Shown here piece after piece: positions 48,801 through 61,519 of a stretch of 64,000 nucleotides of DNA. Source of the DNA: Curvularia clavata (Eukaryota); contig CP089280.1 of the NCBI GenBank assembly GCA_023920165.1, positions 372,001 through 436,000 on the forward strand. The letters run 5' to 3'. Below the pieces are notes generated by a model. That model was not told the DNA's origin. It searched no databases and was given only the letters and a program-made list of their open reading frames with translations. Position numbers and translations under genes: made by a program. The stretch's first letter is position 1; the number at the start of each line of letters is the position of its first letter.

Positions 48801-51800
48801 AGCTTCTTCGAGAGTGCAATAGTGCTAGACTCTATCGTCTTGGAGCTCGATATTGTCGTGAAGAAAACATCCTGGAATACTGACTCGGAGATTGTCGTCG
48901 TGGTCTGCGTGACTGAACTGGAGCTGGCTAGGCTGTGCTGAACAAGCTCGCTAGAGGTTTGAGAGAGTTCCTGGCTAATCTCACGAGACTCCTGCGTCTC
49001 TTGCCGGTTAACACTATGGTAATAAGAGCTTGCAAACTTGAAGATGGAGAGTGCTTGAGTGTGGGCATTCATGCTCCTCATCTCCTTGGCGACACGAGTG
49101 AGTCGCGAGACGATGCTCTCGGAATAGGACAGCTGGTGAGATTCGTATTGCTGCCAGACTGACGAGAGCACTGCTGTGGACTCGCTGGTCCGTTTTTGGT
49201 TTTTCAAGAATTGGGAGTAGGAAGTGGCAATCTCAATATTCTTTTCGTGCCACTCAGTGGCCATGACAGTGCGACACTTGGAAGAAACTTCCATCCATAG
49301 CTCAACGTACAGCCTCTCTGCCTGTTGAAACTCCTTGCGGTGAAGGTGTTGCTGAATCACACTGAGGAGAGCTTCAATTGACGAGATGGTCGTGATTGAG
49401 GTAATCTCCTCTTCAATCTCGTCGCTGCCCATGATGGAACCGTGCATATCAGCATGATCGTGATGCGGCATAGGTTTAATGACAACACCCCCAGTCTCCC
49501 AGTAATCATCGTTTGAGTGGCTGGACCCAGATTCATGGATCTCGATCAACTGACGAATCTTGAGCGCATTCTCTGTCTCGTTGATAGACTCATAAAGCTG
49601 CAGAAGCAGCTGACGAGCCTTGATAACAAGCTCAGAGGAGCTACCATACTGCGTCTCATAAGCCTTGATGAGCACCATCAGAATCTGTTCGCGGTGCGTC
49701 ATGGTCTCAGTTCGCGACGAGGAGGTTTGCGTCTCCGTGATACTCAAGAACTGAGTAGCACATTCAATGGTCAATGGATGAATAGGCGACAAGGTCTCTT
49801 TGCTGATGATGGTGCAGATGTACAGATACTTTGCAATCTGTGTAGTGTTGGAAACCATCATATAGCAAGTTGCAATCGAAAGATAGGTTTGCAGCACAGC
49901 AGGGTGGTTCTTTGTGAAGAGTGTTTCACGGACTTTGCTGACAATGCGTTGAAGCTCAAGGGTCTGAGGAATTGGGAGTTGCAAGTTCCAGCAGTTCGAC
50001 TCCAAAATGGACAGCATTGTTGTGTCGGGGAAAACTTTCTTAAGCTCGGCAGTTGGCTTGAACTCTCCAGACTCCTTGGGGGCCAGAGGAGATTGCTGTA
50101 GATGCAAAACCCAGTACCTGACTGCGTACTCGAGGAAGCGGTGCTGCTTGAACAACTTGTCCGGGGTGGAAGGATCAGAAATCTCAAAGGTTGGCTCGGT
50201 CTTGCTATCCTTGAGTACAGACTTGGTGTAAGCCAGAACCCTGAGGAGTAGATCTGTCTCACTGTCTTGGAGTGGAATAGGAACCTTGCCGCTAGTTGCC
50301 AAGTCATGCAGAGTGGAGTGAATCACAGGGTGCTTGAATCGCACAATGCGCTGGTGCAGTGTGAAAAGTGGCTCCAGAGATCGGAACATTTCATTGACGT
50401 TGACTCCCTTGTCAGAGACAGTACCATGCTGAACGTCGACCGAGAACAGGGTATGGATCTCGTCAATGGTAAGAGGTCGCTCAGCAGCCAAGACCCATGA
50501 CAGCATAGTTTTTGCGTCATTGTTGGGGTTCAGCTGCTTGATAAGGCTGACGATGAGATCGGAGACAGATGGTTTGGAAGACTCGAAGCCATCCATTGTC
50601 TTGGCCAGGGCATCTGGAGACTTCTGGCCGTTCAGTAGCTCGCAGATCAATGTAAGGCGCAAGAATGACCCATTGGATGCTTGAATGATTCGATCCAAGA
50701 GCTGCTCTTGTTCAAGAGCACGCTGACTGTGGAAGTGATGGTTGTGCATCAGCGCCCGCAGTGCAACGGCGTGCAAGTCATCCCGGACATCATCGCGCGT
50801 AATCTCGTGCTGAATGCCCATGGACGGCGAAGAAAGCTTCACGGAAGAAGACATCGTGATCAGTCTTACGCCGCGACCCTGCTTCGTAACCTTGGCCAAC
50901 TTTTCGAGAAGACCGGACGAGCTGAAACCGCCCATTGCCTGGACAGAGGCGCTCTTGGACTCAGCAATCTCATCGAGGCCGTCCACTACGATGACAAGCT
51001 CATTGGAGCCAGCAGCAGGATGCTGTAGAGCTTCTGTCAAGGCTTGCCAAAGGCACTCTTCGTAAGCCTTGATGTCTTCAGAGTTTCGGCACTGATTATA
51101 GGCCCGGAAGAGTGCCCAGTACATGTTCATGTTGCCGATGCGCAGATTCAGCAGCTGGAATAGCAATGACTTCACCACTGCCAATGAGGATGCGGCAGTG
51201 GGAATGTCGGGTGAAAGCGAACAAAACAAGGTATCATATTGCTGGCGATTCATGGGCCGCTGTAAACGCTCGACGATAGATCCAGCAAGTGTAGTCTTGC
51301 CAGCACCCGATTGACCAGTGACTAAGAAGATGCGGTTCTGGCTCTGGAAGAATCGCGTCAAATGCTTGTTGAACCACAAGCAAGTAAACTCCTAAAAATG
51401 CAAGATTTAGTGCTTGTTCGATGCAACAACACATGATTTCACTTACAGCTTGGTTATCGACATATGTTTCGTGGTCTCGAGTGATAGCTGCAATCACTCG
51501 ATCCTGAGAAGCAAGCCATCGGCTGAGATGCTGAACATCGATGGATTCTCCCTCTTCAAAGACCTCGTTCTCGATCTGGGATTGCCAGATCAATTCAATG
51601 ACAGTGTTCTGTCGAGTACGAAACGACTCGATAGTGTCACCAAACTGCTCAAAGATGTCTAGACTGGTAGGACCAGATGACATTCCTGGGCTAGTTAGCT
51701 CTTGTGCTATTGTTGGCTCTGAGAATACAAAACCCATACCTTTGGCGGCGTAGTAGAACTGAATGCCAACGTCAACTACGAGGCTAATGAGATCAGCATA

Positions 51801-52962
51801 GAGGAGGCAAATCTGTTCGCGGATCTCTGGGCTCGCGGCGAGCAGCTCTGAACGGTGCAGAACCGAGTGAAATGACATGGCAAACTTGTAAAAGATGGAG
51901 AATGCCTTGTCCAGAGCTTCAGAGTTGTGATGGCTAAGCTCAAGAAGTAGTTGTGCATGGCCATAACCGACAGTAGCAGCAGAGCTGCTATTGTGAGCAA
52001 ATGGCTGGATGGCTTGTTCGAACTTGTGAAGTTGCTCTGCGAAATAAAGGGCGCGAATGAGGACCCTGTCCCATCGGCTTCCCTTGTGGGGGAGCGTAGT
52101 CAAACGCTCAGATCTGATCCACTCGAGAAAAGAGACATAAGTAACATCGCTGATGCTCTCATGTGCTACTCCGAGTGCCTTCTTGCTGCGATCGGCCAAA
52201 GCGGCAGCAGACTCTTGGACGAACAGATTTTGGTAGTTGCCTGTGCTGTTCAGACGTTTCTTTGGGGACTTAATACTACCAAAGTTCCCACTCGTGGCAC
52301 GAGAAGAGGCAAATGACGATAGGCGCCCTTTAGTACGGAAGAGTGCTCCAGGTGAGTCGACCGGAGAGAGCACGCTCGCTCCATTTGCTCCATTGGTTTG
52401 TCTGGAGGAAGAAGGTCTGACAGACATGATGCTGGGCCGACAGATTGGTGGAGTGGTGTATGAATAGGAAGATTGAGTCGAAAGATTAGAGCTCACCGAC
52501 AGTTTGCGAAGTCGGGCAGATTGCGGCACTCCTAATGGAGGTGATCTTTGGGGTCTCTGTTCAATGGAGGCAGGGCTGGTCTCGAGAGATAGGGATGGAA
52601 CAGGCAACTTGGGTTCAGTGGGTGCCAAGGGACTTCTTGACGCCGATGCTGGCTTTTTAAGAGACTGTGTAGATGGTCGAGACTGCAGTACTGGTGTAGT
52701 GGAGGTAGAATAGCTGATCTCAGGAGCAGATGGCTGTCCCTTTGTAGATGATGACGATCGTGAGGGAGAGCCTCGTGTGGATGTTTGCAAAACAGAAGTT
52801 GCTTGAGAGTCAATGGAGGAGACGGATGAAGCACGTCTGTCTGTACTCTGAGTGTCGTCGGTTGAGAGGGACGAGCGCTTCTTTTTGTGTTTTTCTGTTG
52901 ATAATCATCAGCATAGTTTCAAGAGCAGGAGAAAAGCAGCACTCACTGAATAAATGAAGCAT
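45893..52962 (-). CDS. Large STAND/NACHT NTPase with TPR-like helical repeats (~2302 aa); introns 52895-52946, 51686-51739, 51392-51446
   Basis: Walker A GQSGAGKT, Walker B VIVVDGLDE, AERPLT winged-helix motif, FLEYAVRYWVLH and kinesin-light-chain-like TPR turns (FGHTHENT, YGYSHESS, HGPRAPVT). The four exons sum to 6909 nt in frame. Confidence 0.88.
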
Positions 52963-55900
52963 GTGGATTGAACCGAGAAAGCCCAGTGTGTGGAACGTAG
53001 GCGGTCTCTATAAATCATAATTTAGAAGCTAGTATAAGCGGGGGTGGAGCTCATAGACAGAAAGCAGGGGTGTCATGATGATTGCATGGTATGGACCGTC
53101 GAGCCACGGTTACGACGCTAGGGTGCAGGTGCCGGAGCATTCTCAGTGTATTTCTTTTGGCTAATTCAGCTAGGCAAGGGTGAAGGAATGTCCAGGGCCT
53201 TGAAAGTGGCTTTAGCTGACTATGCAGGTGGACGATCCCTGTCCCAATATCGAAACCAAAAGCTCGGGTGTCCTGTGTGCACGAAATGGGGCATTGGCGC
53301 GTAGGGATAGTCTACGCATACGAAGCCCGCCTATCATGTAGGTGGAGTGCGGCGCATGTTCCGTCACAAACTGCGTCGGCCAAACCGATCAGATATGCAA
53401 GGTGATAAAGAATGCACTGTGGAGCTGGATAGCTGCTGTGACGCCATAAAGTACGACAGTGGCGGATGTAGGAATATTGAGGGTTGATGCAGGCCTGGTG
53501 GATGAGGCTCTTGTCAGGGTTCAACTGCGGGCACACCGACTGTCTTGAGAAGATTGACACAACCTTGGGTTGCTCTTGAAGCCAAAGGAGGCCCGACATG
53601 AAACATGGAGAGGAGGGTGTCGTACCGCGTGCCATTGGCTGAACCGAAGTCACTCTACACAGGACTAGTGTGCTGTCAGGGATGGACATGATGGTACAGA
53701 CGGTCGAGAGCGGCAGTCGAGGAGTGGCTCGGGCTGGGTGACGTGCATGCATGCAGCATTGGTACTGTATGAAGAAACGAAGTGGACAGCAGCAGTCTTG
53801 TGGTTGCAGTAGTGTCGATCAGCCAGGCTCGGCAGCACTTTCCATACCTCAAAGCCACAAGGGCCGGGCGGGTGTGCAGGAACGGACCTCCCGCGGTTTC
53901 CACGCACGCACACTGATCGTCTTGGTTCCACTCCCATCCCAATCCTCGCATCACCGACATGAGCCAGCCACGAGCGTGATCAGCATCCAGCATCGTCGAC
54001 GGACTGCCCGCTGCGGCCTGCCAATGGCCGAGCCCAGCCACTCATCCCTCCCAACCATATTCTTTTCCCAAGCCATCCGGCCGCTCGCGTATCGTCCCTC
54101 CCGCCCAACACCTGGGGATGGCTCAGCACTACGCTCCTTCACACGACATACATGCGGACTCACCGAGCAGACAGGGCCCCAACCCCAGCGAGGATTGAAA
54201 TTGCCAGGACCAGTCTGCATCCTCTTCAGCTCTCCACGATTGTGCCGCCTCACCACAGCAGCTGAGGTTTGCTTTTGTCAGCCTTTTCCGGTACATCATG
54301 CACGCTCATCGCTTAGTAGCTGCAGATCGCCCTCCACTCGCTTTGCCTCCACCCCTCCACTTGACTTCTCTTCGCAGAGCTCGTCTGCAAAAACGCGCAT
54401 GCCGCCTTGCCTCTTTGTGGACAGGCTGCCCTGCATCATTCCCAATCTGGTGCCCCAGCACCACTGCCGTCCATTTCTAGATCGCCGTCCTCCCAGCACT
54501 GCATCCATCTCCCTAGGCTCCGAGGAGCAGCCAGACATCATGCAGCTACCACGAACCGTTGCATTCTTTTTCGTCCGACACAGCGTCACTCGACACTCCA
54601 ATTACGTCTTGCTTTTTTCCTCGTGTGTATTAATACACTCGAGTCAGTGGGCGCCAATGTGAACTACCTCCACCTTTGTGACGCCAGCCTGGAACCGAGC
54701 TTCTCTGTTCTGCGCCAGTACACCAAAGGTTCTGATTGTGCCACGAGCTCACGTTTTCTTTCTCGGCCCAATGCCTGCCGCATTCTAAACGGCCGTGTCC
54801 CGTACCCTCCCTAGCAAACCATCCAGTGCTTTTTATCCCGAGTGGGACGGGACGGGACAGTTTACACTACCGTCGGTGATTCTGCGTTTTGTCCTCACAG
54901 GCCACCAGAGCAAAGGACGCGTGGCTATGCCAAACTACAACGGTTCATGATACGTACATGCATATCGTCAAAACATGTGTCCTCTCCTAGTATACACTAA
55001 TAAAAGACGGGCTGTACAAACAAAGTGCGCTTCAGACGGTTGCTTATTCCGAGCGGTAAGGCGCATCAAGCCGTCGTCGTTGAGGATACTCACTGCTCTG
55101 TCCATCCCCACTCTTGGCTTCACAAGGCTGTCGATCACCTATCTCGATACTGTAGCAAAGCGGAGCCTGCTGTGGAGTACCTTTGAATATCGGGAGCCGT
55201 CACTTGGCCGTCGATACTTTGGGAGCAACCTGCTTTCGATCGTCACCAAGCACACTTCCCCGCTTTACCAGATGCTCCATCTTGATGCTCTACTCTAGTG
55301 TGCAATCACATATCGCCGCATCGACTCGAGTGGATCGCTTCTATTGGCTGTACTGGTTGGATTGCATTTGCACCAAGACTGATCTGCTTGGGGAACTAGC
55401 GTACCTAGTCCCTTGCGCTGAAATTTTTGGTTACCAATGAGACGCGATATGATGGAATCGTGCATGGGCTTCTTTGAGCCTGTCGCTTTTACCATACCGG
55501 ACCAATAGCGGCTCTTTCGGCCTTGAGCTTCTGGTATATCGCTATTCTTGACGCCAATTCACGCATGCGAAAATCCAAGACAGAGTCAGTAATCCATAGC
55601 CCGTCAGATGGAAGTCCATGCACCGGCAGTCGGGCTCGTCATGAGGAGTTGGGAAAAAGAAAATTACTTCGTTACCATTCAATCGCAATGCATTAGCTTG
55701 TCTGTACTCGAATATAATGCGGTCTTACAAATGCTAGGTGTGTAAGCTTTCTCTCACATGTCTTGCTACTTGGCCACATTGCGCCCTATTACTTCCTCTG
55801 CTGATCATCCTTTACACTGAGGTTTCTCTGGACTGGGACACCATGTCGACAGATGACTTCGTATCGATATGGACGGCTACGTGGTCGTCGTCTGTCGGTG

Positions 55901-56523
55901 ACACGTCACGTGCACGTACGCAGGCAGACTTTGGTACAGAACATTTCTTTTCCCGTGACCCGTTCGTGTATGTGTACATAACCCTGCCTACCCACCCCTC
56001 AGGGCACCTGGGATCCTTCGCGCTGTCTTGAGAAGATCAAAGCTGTTATCTGTTGAGTGTCGGTCCAGGTCACAGACTCCCGGTCTCGGATCCCCAGCGC
56101 ATATTCTGTGCAGACGAGCGAACCATGTCCATTGTGCTGGCGTAAGAGCGCTCACACACCCCGGTGTTGCTGACCATGCTGGTGAGGAGGAGGCTCAATT
56201 ACCCCGCGCATGCCCCGCATTTGATACTGGCCGGCCAACCACGGGATTCTGATTAGACGCCTCATGCTCGCAAGATAGGTATCGGAATGTTTCCGAAGGC
56301 GCGGCTTGTGTCATTTGGGAAAGAGCATCCTCTGCAATCCCGAGGTAACCTCCATGCGCGCTTGATTCATTCAACAGCGGTGGCTAATCATAACACAACT
56401 GCCTCGTCCTCACTATCTCAACTTCACTTCACTTGACTTCGCTGCTGTTGCTGTTGTTGCATATTTCAAAACTCTTGTCCTCTGCTCCAAAGTTGTATTG
56501 GTTTTGCTGCATCAAGACTCACC

Positions 56524-57457
56524 ATGTCTCCCCCGTCTGCAACTGAGCCCCAACCGGGTGACCACACAAAACCTGACGCGGTTGCGCCCCTGGAGCCTGG
56601 TCTGAGTGAGAAGGAGGCCAAGACGAAGCCACTCGTGTTCCCTGGACCTCCCAAGTTTGATGACCCATACAAGGAGCGCGCATATCTAAAGGGTCGCCTT
56701 GCAGCTGCTTTCCGCATTTTTGGCAAATATGGCTTTGATGAGGGCGTCGCTGGTCACATCACTCTGAGGGTTAGTTGCTAGACTTGATCAACATGCACAT
56801 GATGCTGATGCGGGGAAGGATCCAGTAGATCCAACGACTTTCTGGGTGAACCCCTTTGGAGTGGCCTTCAGTATGATGAAGGCCTCGGACCTAATTCTTG
56901 TAGATGCAAAGGGCGAAGTCATTGATGGTGGCGAATGTCGACTGCTCAACACGGCAGCATACATGATCCACCACGCCGTCCACACTGCCCGCCCAGACGT
57001 CGTGGCCGCAGCGCATTCACATTCCATTTACGGTCGTGCCTTTTGTGCGCTTGGCCGTAAACTTGATACCATCACGCAGGATTCGTGCGCATTTCACAAC
57101 GACCACGTCCTGTACGAGTCTTTCAACGGGATTGTACTTGCCGCGGAGGAGGGCGAAAACATTGCCAAGTGTCTGGGCAACAAGAAGGCAGCTTTGCTCC
57201 AGAACCACGGTCTGTTGACGGTTGGCAGGACTATCGAGGAGGCTGTCTTCTGGTTTGTGAGCATGGAAAAGTGCTGCCAGGCGCAGCTGATGGCGGATGC
57301 GGCGGCGGCAGGACGCGGAGGTGAGACGGTCAAGATCAACGAAGAGGACGCTGTCTACACACACAAGGCTGTTGGAAGTCCGCGGGCAGGATGGTTCAGC
57401 GCGAAGCCTCTCTTTGACGTCATCCACAAGGAAACGAATGGAGAGTACTTGGAGTAG
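56524..57457 (+). CDS. Class II aldolase/adducin family protein (Mug14-like); intron 56770-56818
   Basis: EGVAGHITLR|DP, FWVNPFG, IHHAVHTARPDVVAAAHSHS and LLQNHGLL metal-binding histidines. Confidence 0.92.
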
Positions 57458-57816
57458 GAACGGGAATCATGTTTGTATGTATTAGTTGAATGAAAAAGCC
57501 CTCGGAACAATTGTTGCTATACATGCCGACGAGGCGCCAGTGCAGTCATGTGCCCAGAAGGTCATTCTCCTACGTAGTCTAGGCCCCACCGCCTGGCAAT
57601 TCGGCCGACGGCCGCTGGACCCTGGGCCGCGACATCATCACTCTAAAAATCGCCTTTGCTACCGCTACGCTACCGCTGTGCTGCTGCTCTCAGTTATCCG
57701 CCTTGTCCCGAAGTCACACTTGCCTCTGCGCGCTGCCCCGGAGTTTTTTCTAGCAAGACAATTCCTCCCGCCACTGGACAGCTGCACGTAACGCGCGAGA
57801 CTTCTCTTAGCGCGTC

Positions 57817-60105
57817 ATGCCAAAAGGTCCCGCAGTGGTAATTGTCGCCAGGTACCGCTCAACCGTATTCACGGCTCCACATTCCGACTCTGTAGCTGAC
57901 ATTCTTTGCAGGCACGGCGCACGCCTCGATGCTGCTGATAAGTCGTGGCACCTCACTTCACCCACCCCCTACGACCCCCCGCTCACATATGGCGGCTGGT
58001 CCCAGGCAAAGGCCCTCGGCCAGCGCATAGCCGCATTGCTCCATGAGCGCGACACCCAGCAGGCCGACGAGGCAAAGACTGCTTCTGCCCACGATCCTAC
58101 ACAACTCGACTTGAGCAAGCTGAATATCTCGCAAGAGGGCAAGGCGCATAGCAAGGGGTCTCAGCGACCGACAAAAAAGAAGCGCAAAATTATCATACAT
58201 TCCAGTCCCTTCCTGAGATGCGTGCAGACGAGCACCGCAGTCGCAGCAGGCATCTCGCAGTTCCAACCACCGACCACACCAGTGCTGAGCACACCGACGC
58301 CGTCCAAGGAGAAGAATGACCCGTTTGGGACCTCTTCGAAGACGCCGCGTGCCAAATCCACGACTACGCAACCTCGAACCTTTGAGCCGCTCGCCGACCC
58401 TAACCTCGAGATCCTGCCGAAACCTAATACCGGCCCCGAGAAAATCTTACTGCGTATCGACGCTTTCTTGGGCGAGTGGCTATCTCCAGAATATTATGCA
58501 GACATCACGGCGCCTCCGAACTCGACCATGATGGTAGCAGGCGCAAAGGCAGATTTACTGCGGAGGGGTGATTACATTCAAGAACAGCCCAACCCGAACA
58601 GTAGCAGAGGGCATTTTCCAGGAGGCTGGTCGGGAAACAAGGCCATTGCCAATACTACACAAGGCGCAACCGCAAGATTGGGCAGCTTGGCCCAGGCTAT
58701 GCCCCTACGCGAACGTTCGAGTAGCTATACAGGTCCATTGGGCCTACCGGCAACACTTTCAAAACAAACGGTCTCGCCGCTTGTGGCGCCTGTGCCTGTG
58801 CACACACCGGTTCCTACCAGTACACCAAGTCGCGTCTACCAGCCCCCGCACCCGTCATACTCGGTCTCCCCAGCCGATCCCATTCCACGTGGATACGTTG
58901 CCCATGCACAGGAAGCGTGTGTGCAAGTTGACTTTCAATGGGATAGCATGCGGGAACCTCAGAACTGGGGCGATGGCGGTAAGTTTGGTGACGAATGGAG
59001 CGCAATGCACAAACGCTTCAGGAGAGGTCTTGCGGGTATGCTGCAATGGTACAAGACGCATGGTACCGCACCTCCCAAGAACCAGTTTCCCGGTTTTATG
59101 TTCAGAGAACCGCTGCGGCTGACTCCACCACGTATTCCGCATGCTAAAACAGACCCCTTTCCGAACTTTACCGACAGCTCGGCTGGGCCTGATGAGGAGG
59201 ATGAAGAGCTCGTGCTGATCTTGGTCACTCATGGAGCCGGTTGTAATGCCCTGTTAGGTGCTATGACCAACCAGCCTGTACTCATGGACATTGGCCTCGC
59301 CTCCCTCTCCATGGCAGTTCGGAGAGACGAACCCAGGACTACCCCGGCACCGGCGACTCTGCATGAGCGGCGGCTCTCAGTCATGGACACTGGCATGCCA
59401 GATACTTACGAGGTCAAGCTCTCGGCTTCAGTCGACCACTTGCGGCCCGGTGTCGACCCTTCCAAACTGATATCTGCACAAGCACAAGCGCAGTCACCAG
59501 TGGTATTGCCAAGTCCACTACTGGATCACCGTCGGCGATTCACAGGATCCTCGACCGCTAGCACACCATCAGAGGCACCTTTTTCGATTGGTGAGCCATA
59601 CAGGACACGGAACAGCTCTATGAGCCGGACCATGAGCTCAGGCTCGAACTCACGGTTCATGCAAAGTGCAATGAGTGGCGCCGTGTCTCCCGCAAGCGGC
59701 TTGTGGTCTGGAACCAGCACGCCGTCGGGCGAAACCGAAACAGGTCTCCACTCTACATACCAACAAACACGGTCAAAGTCGACGACCGCGACTACCCCTG
59801 CCGCGTCGTTTAGCGAGAGAGACAACAAGTCCATACCGCAGGTTGACGGGGCTTACGATGCGACTAATCCTCTAACCAGACTAGATTCAAAGGAAGAACG
59901 AGAGGTTGGCGACAAATCGACGCCTTTGGTCAGCGCCGCTACCCGCAAACAGAGCGCCGTCAGCTCGACAGGTCTGTGGGGTGCAAAGCCCGCACCCAAA
60001 AGCAGTAACGGGCTCTGGGGGCCGCCTAAGCTCGATGACGTGTATGAACATCGGCAGGGGCCAAAGAGGAGGTGGACCATGACAGAGAGGGAGGATGATG
60101 GTTAG
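57817..60105 (+). CDS. Histidine phosphatase (phosphoglycerate mutase) superfamily protein; 60-nt in-frame intron 57852-57911
   Basis: Splicing restores VIVARHGARLD; also DPPLT, HSSPFLRCVQT, LGEW and ILVTHG. Long disordered inserts. Confidence 0.88.
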   Translation: MPKGPAVVIVARYRSTVFTAPHSDSVADILCRHGARLDAADKSWHLTSPTPYDPPLTYGGWSQAKALGQRIAALLHERDTQQADEAKTASAHDPTQLDLSKLNISQEGKAHSKGSQRPTKKKRKIIIHSSPFLRCVQTSTAVAAGISQFQPPTTPVLSTPTPSKEKNDPFGTSSKTPRAKSTTTQPRTFEPLADPNLEILPKPNTGPEKILLRIDAFLGEWLSPEYYADITAPPNSTMMVAGAKADLLRRGDYIQEQPNPNSSRGHFPGGWSGNKAIANTTQGATARLGSLAQAMPLRERSSSYTGPLGLPATLSKQTVSPLVAPVPVHTPVPTSTPSRVYQPPHPSYSVSPADPIPRGYVAHAQEACVQVDFQWDSMREPQNWGDGGKFGDEWSAMHKRFRRGLAGMLQWYKTHGTAPPKNQFPGFMFREPLRLTPPRIPHAKTDPFPNFTDSSAGPDEEDEELVLILVTHGAGCNALLGAMTNQPVLMDIGLASLSMAVRRDEPRTTPAPATLHERRLSVMDTGMPDTYEVKLSASVDHLRPGVDPSKLISAQAQAQSPVVLPSPLLDHRRRFTGSSTASTPSEAPFSIGEPYRTRNSSMSRTMSSGSNSRFMQSAMSGAVSPASGLWSGTSTPSGETETGLHSTYQQTRSKSTTATTPAASFSERDNKSIPQVDGAYDATNPLTRLDSKEEREVGDKSTPLVSAATRKQSAVSSTGLWGAKPAPKSSNGLWGPPKLDDVYEHRQGPKRRWTMTEREDDG

Positions 60106-61519
60106 GGCTGTGATTTGGTAATGTGATGAAGTTGTGTGATGGCTTTGAGCGTGGAATGAACTTTGTTTAATCATGTGCGAGATTACGCTACGGGAAAAAG
60201 ATTTCGGTCTAGAGTAATGAAGAACATGAACCTTTTTGGACACTTGCAGATACCTCGAGACGCATGCAACGATTCACATCACAAAGTTGTCTTCACAGAG
60301 CCTGAGCCTTTCAGTTCTTGTTTTGATTTTTCGAACGCAGCGATTTATGCCGCTTCGCTGGATATACCTGGTCAAGCCGTGATAGTGGATTGGGCTAGCA
60401 TTGAACAGTTCGCGGCGGAATAACCCAAGTGCATGAAACAAGCTTTTTAGAGAATGATGCCAAAGTGAGATGTCCTTCATATTGCCCTTGGTTTTCTCGT
60501 CATTTTCTTGACTTCTCGCGTCTTATCACTGCAGCTTTTGGGGTATAATGGTGCAATTGGGTGCGTGGTCGCTATCACATGACTAGAGACCAACAAGAAT
60601 ATACTACAGCAGGCAGTCACCAGTGGTCACCCACCTGACTGCTAGCCCGCCGACCGGAGGATAGAGCGCCGCTGCCATTTAGCTGCCGTTATCTCTGTCT
60701 ATTTGTTTGATCCTCTCGCATTGCTCAGCCTTTCCTCCAGTTTCCTCGCACTATCTTACCATTCTGGCGTTGCTTGAATGCCTTTGTGAAGGTGATTTAT
60801 TGGAGGACTTGAGCTGTGCGAAACTTTGTATTGTCTCAGATCAGTGTATCTACTAAACACAACCAAAGCCGTAACATTTTTTCCGTGCCGATCATACACT
60901 GGCTCATGTGACTGGCTCTTTCACACTCATCCACCCCACCCCCACCCACCCAAACGCAGCTCAAGGGGGCGCCCATAGTCGTCAGCGGCGTCTACTTATG
61001 GTGCATCCGTCTTCAAGGTTGCCTAGTAGTACTCCAAGAGGTGTCCATCTTTATTGGCCCTGTCTTGCCCCCCAAAGCTGCAGGCTTCAGGCCACGCGCA
61101 CGCCGCAGCCGAGAGTGCATACGCATTTACATAGCACGCAGCTGCATACATGAGCGTCGTCTTCCCCAGCTTCACGGCCCGCTCCAACGCACCGCACAAC
61201 CCAACCCGCCATCCCAACACCGGCCCATTTGCACAACCGCGCTCGCCGCGACAGGCAGCCCCAACCACCGTGTCGAGCTCACAACCCCCACCGTTCGTCT
61301 CCACCCCAGCCGCTAAACCGATCACTTGCGTCGCGCCGGAGCCGCTGCTCGGCTTCTGATAGGCGGCCCCGTCGGCCCGATCTGCTTCCGGGCGGGCGCT
61401 TCACGCGCAGGCCCTCATAGTGCACGCCCGTGGGCAGGAAGGCTTGCATTGGCACTTGGTGTGTGGACGAACTATTCACGCTTTATCCGTGAACAAGTTT
61501 GCAGCAAGCCGTCTCAGCC

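Noticed and set aside
53070..53222. ATGATGA...CTGA pair upstream of the NACHT gene
   Set aside because: No recognisable rRNA guide or good terminal stem; such pairs arise by chance.
53312..56252. Several 100-300 aa ORFs between the NACHT and aldolase genes, checked as a possible NLR partner or amyloid effector
   Set aside because: No codon bias, domain motifs or consistent splice structure. More likely divergent promoter or non-coding sequence, though a small spliced gene cannot be excluded.
8764..57911. Five stop-free 3n introns in the window as a possible systematic pattern
   Set aside because: With over 30 short introns, a handful is roughly what chance would give; no enrichment can be claimed without a genome-wide count.
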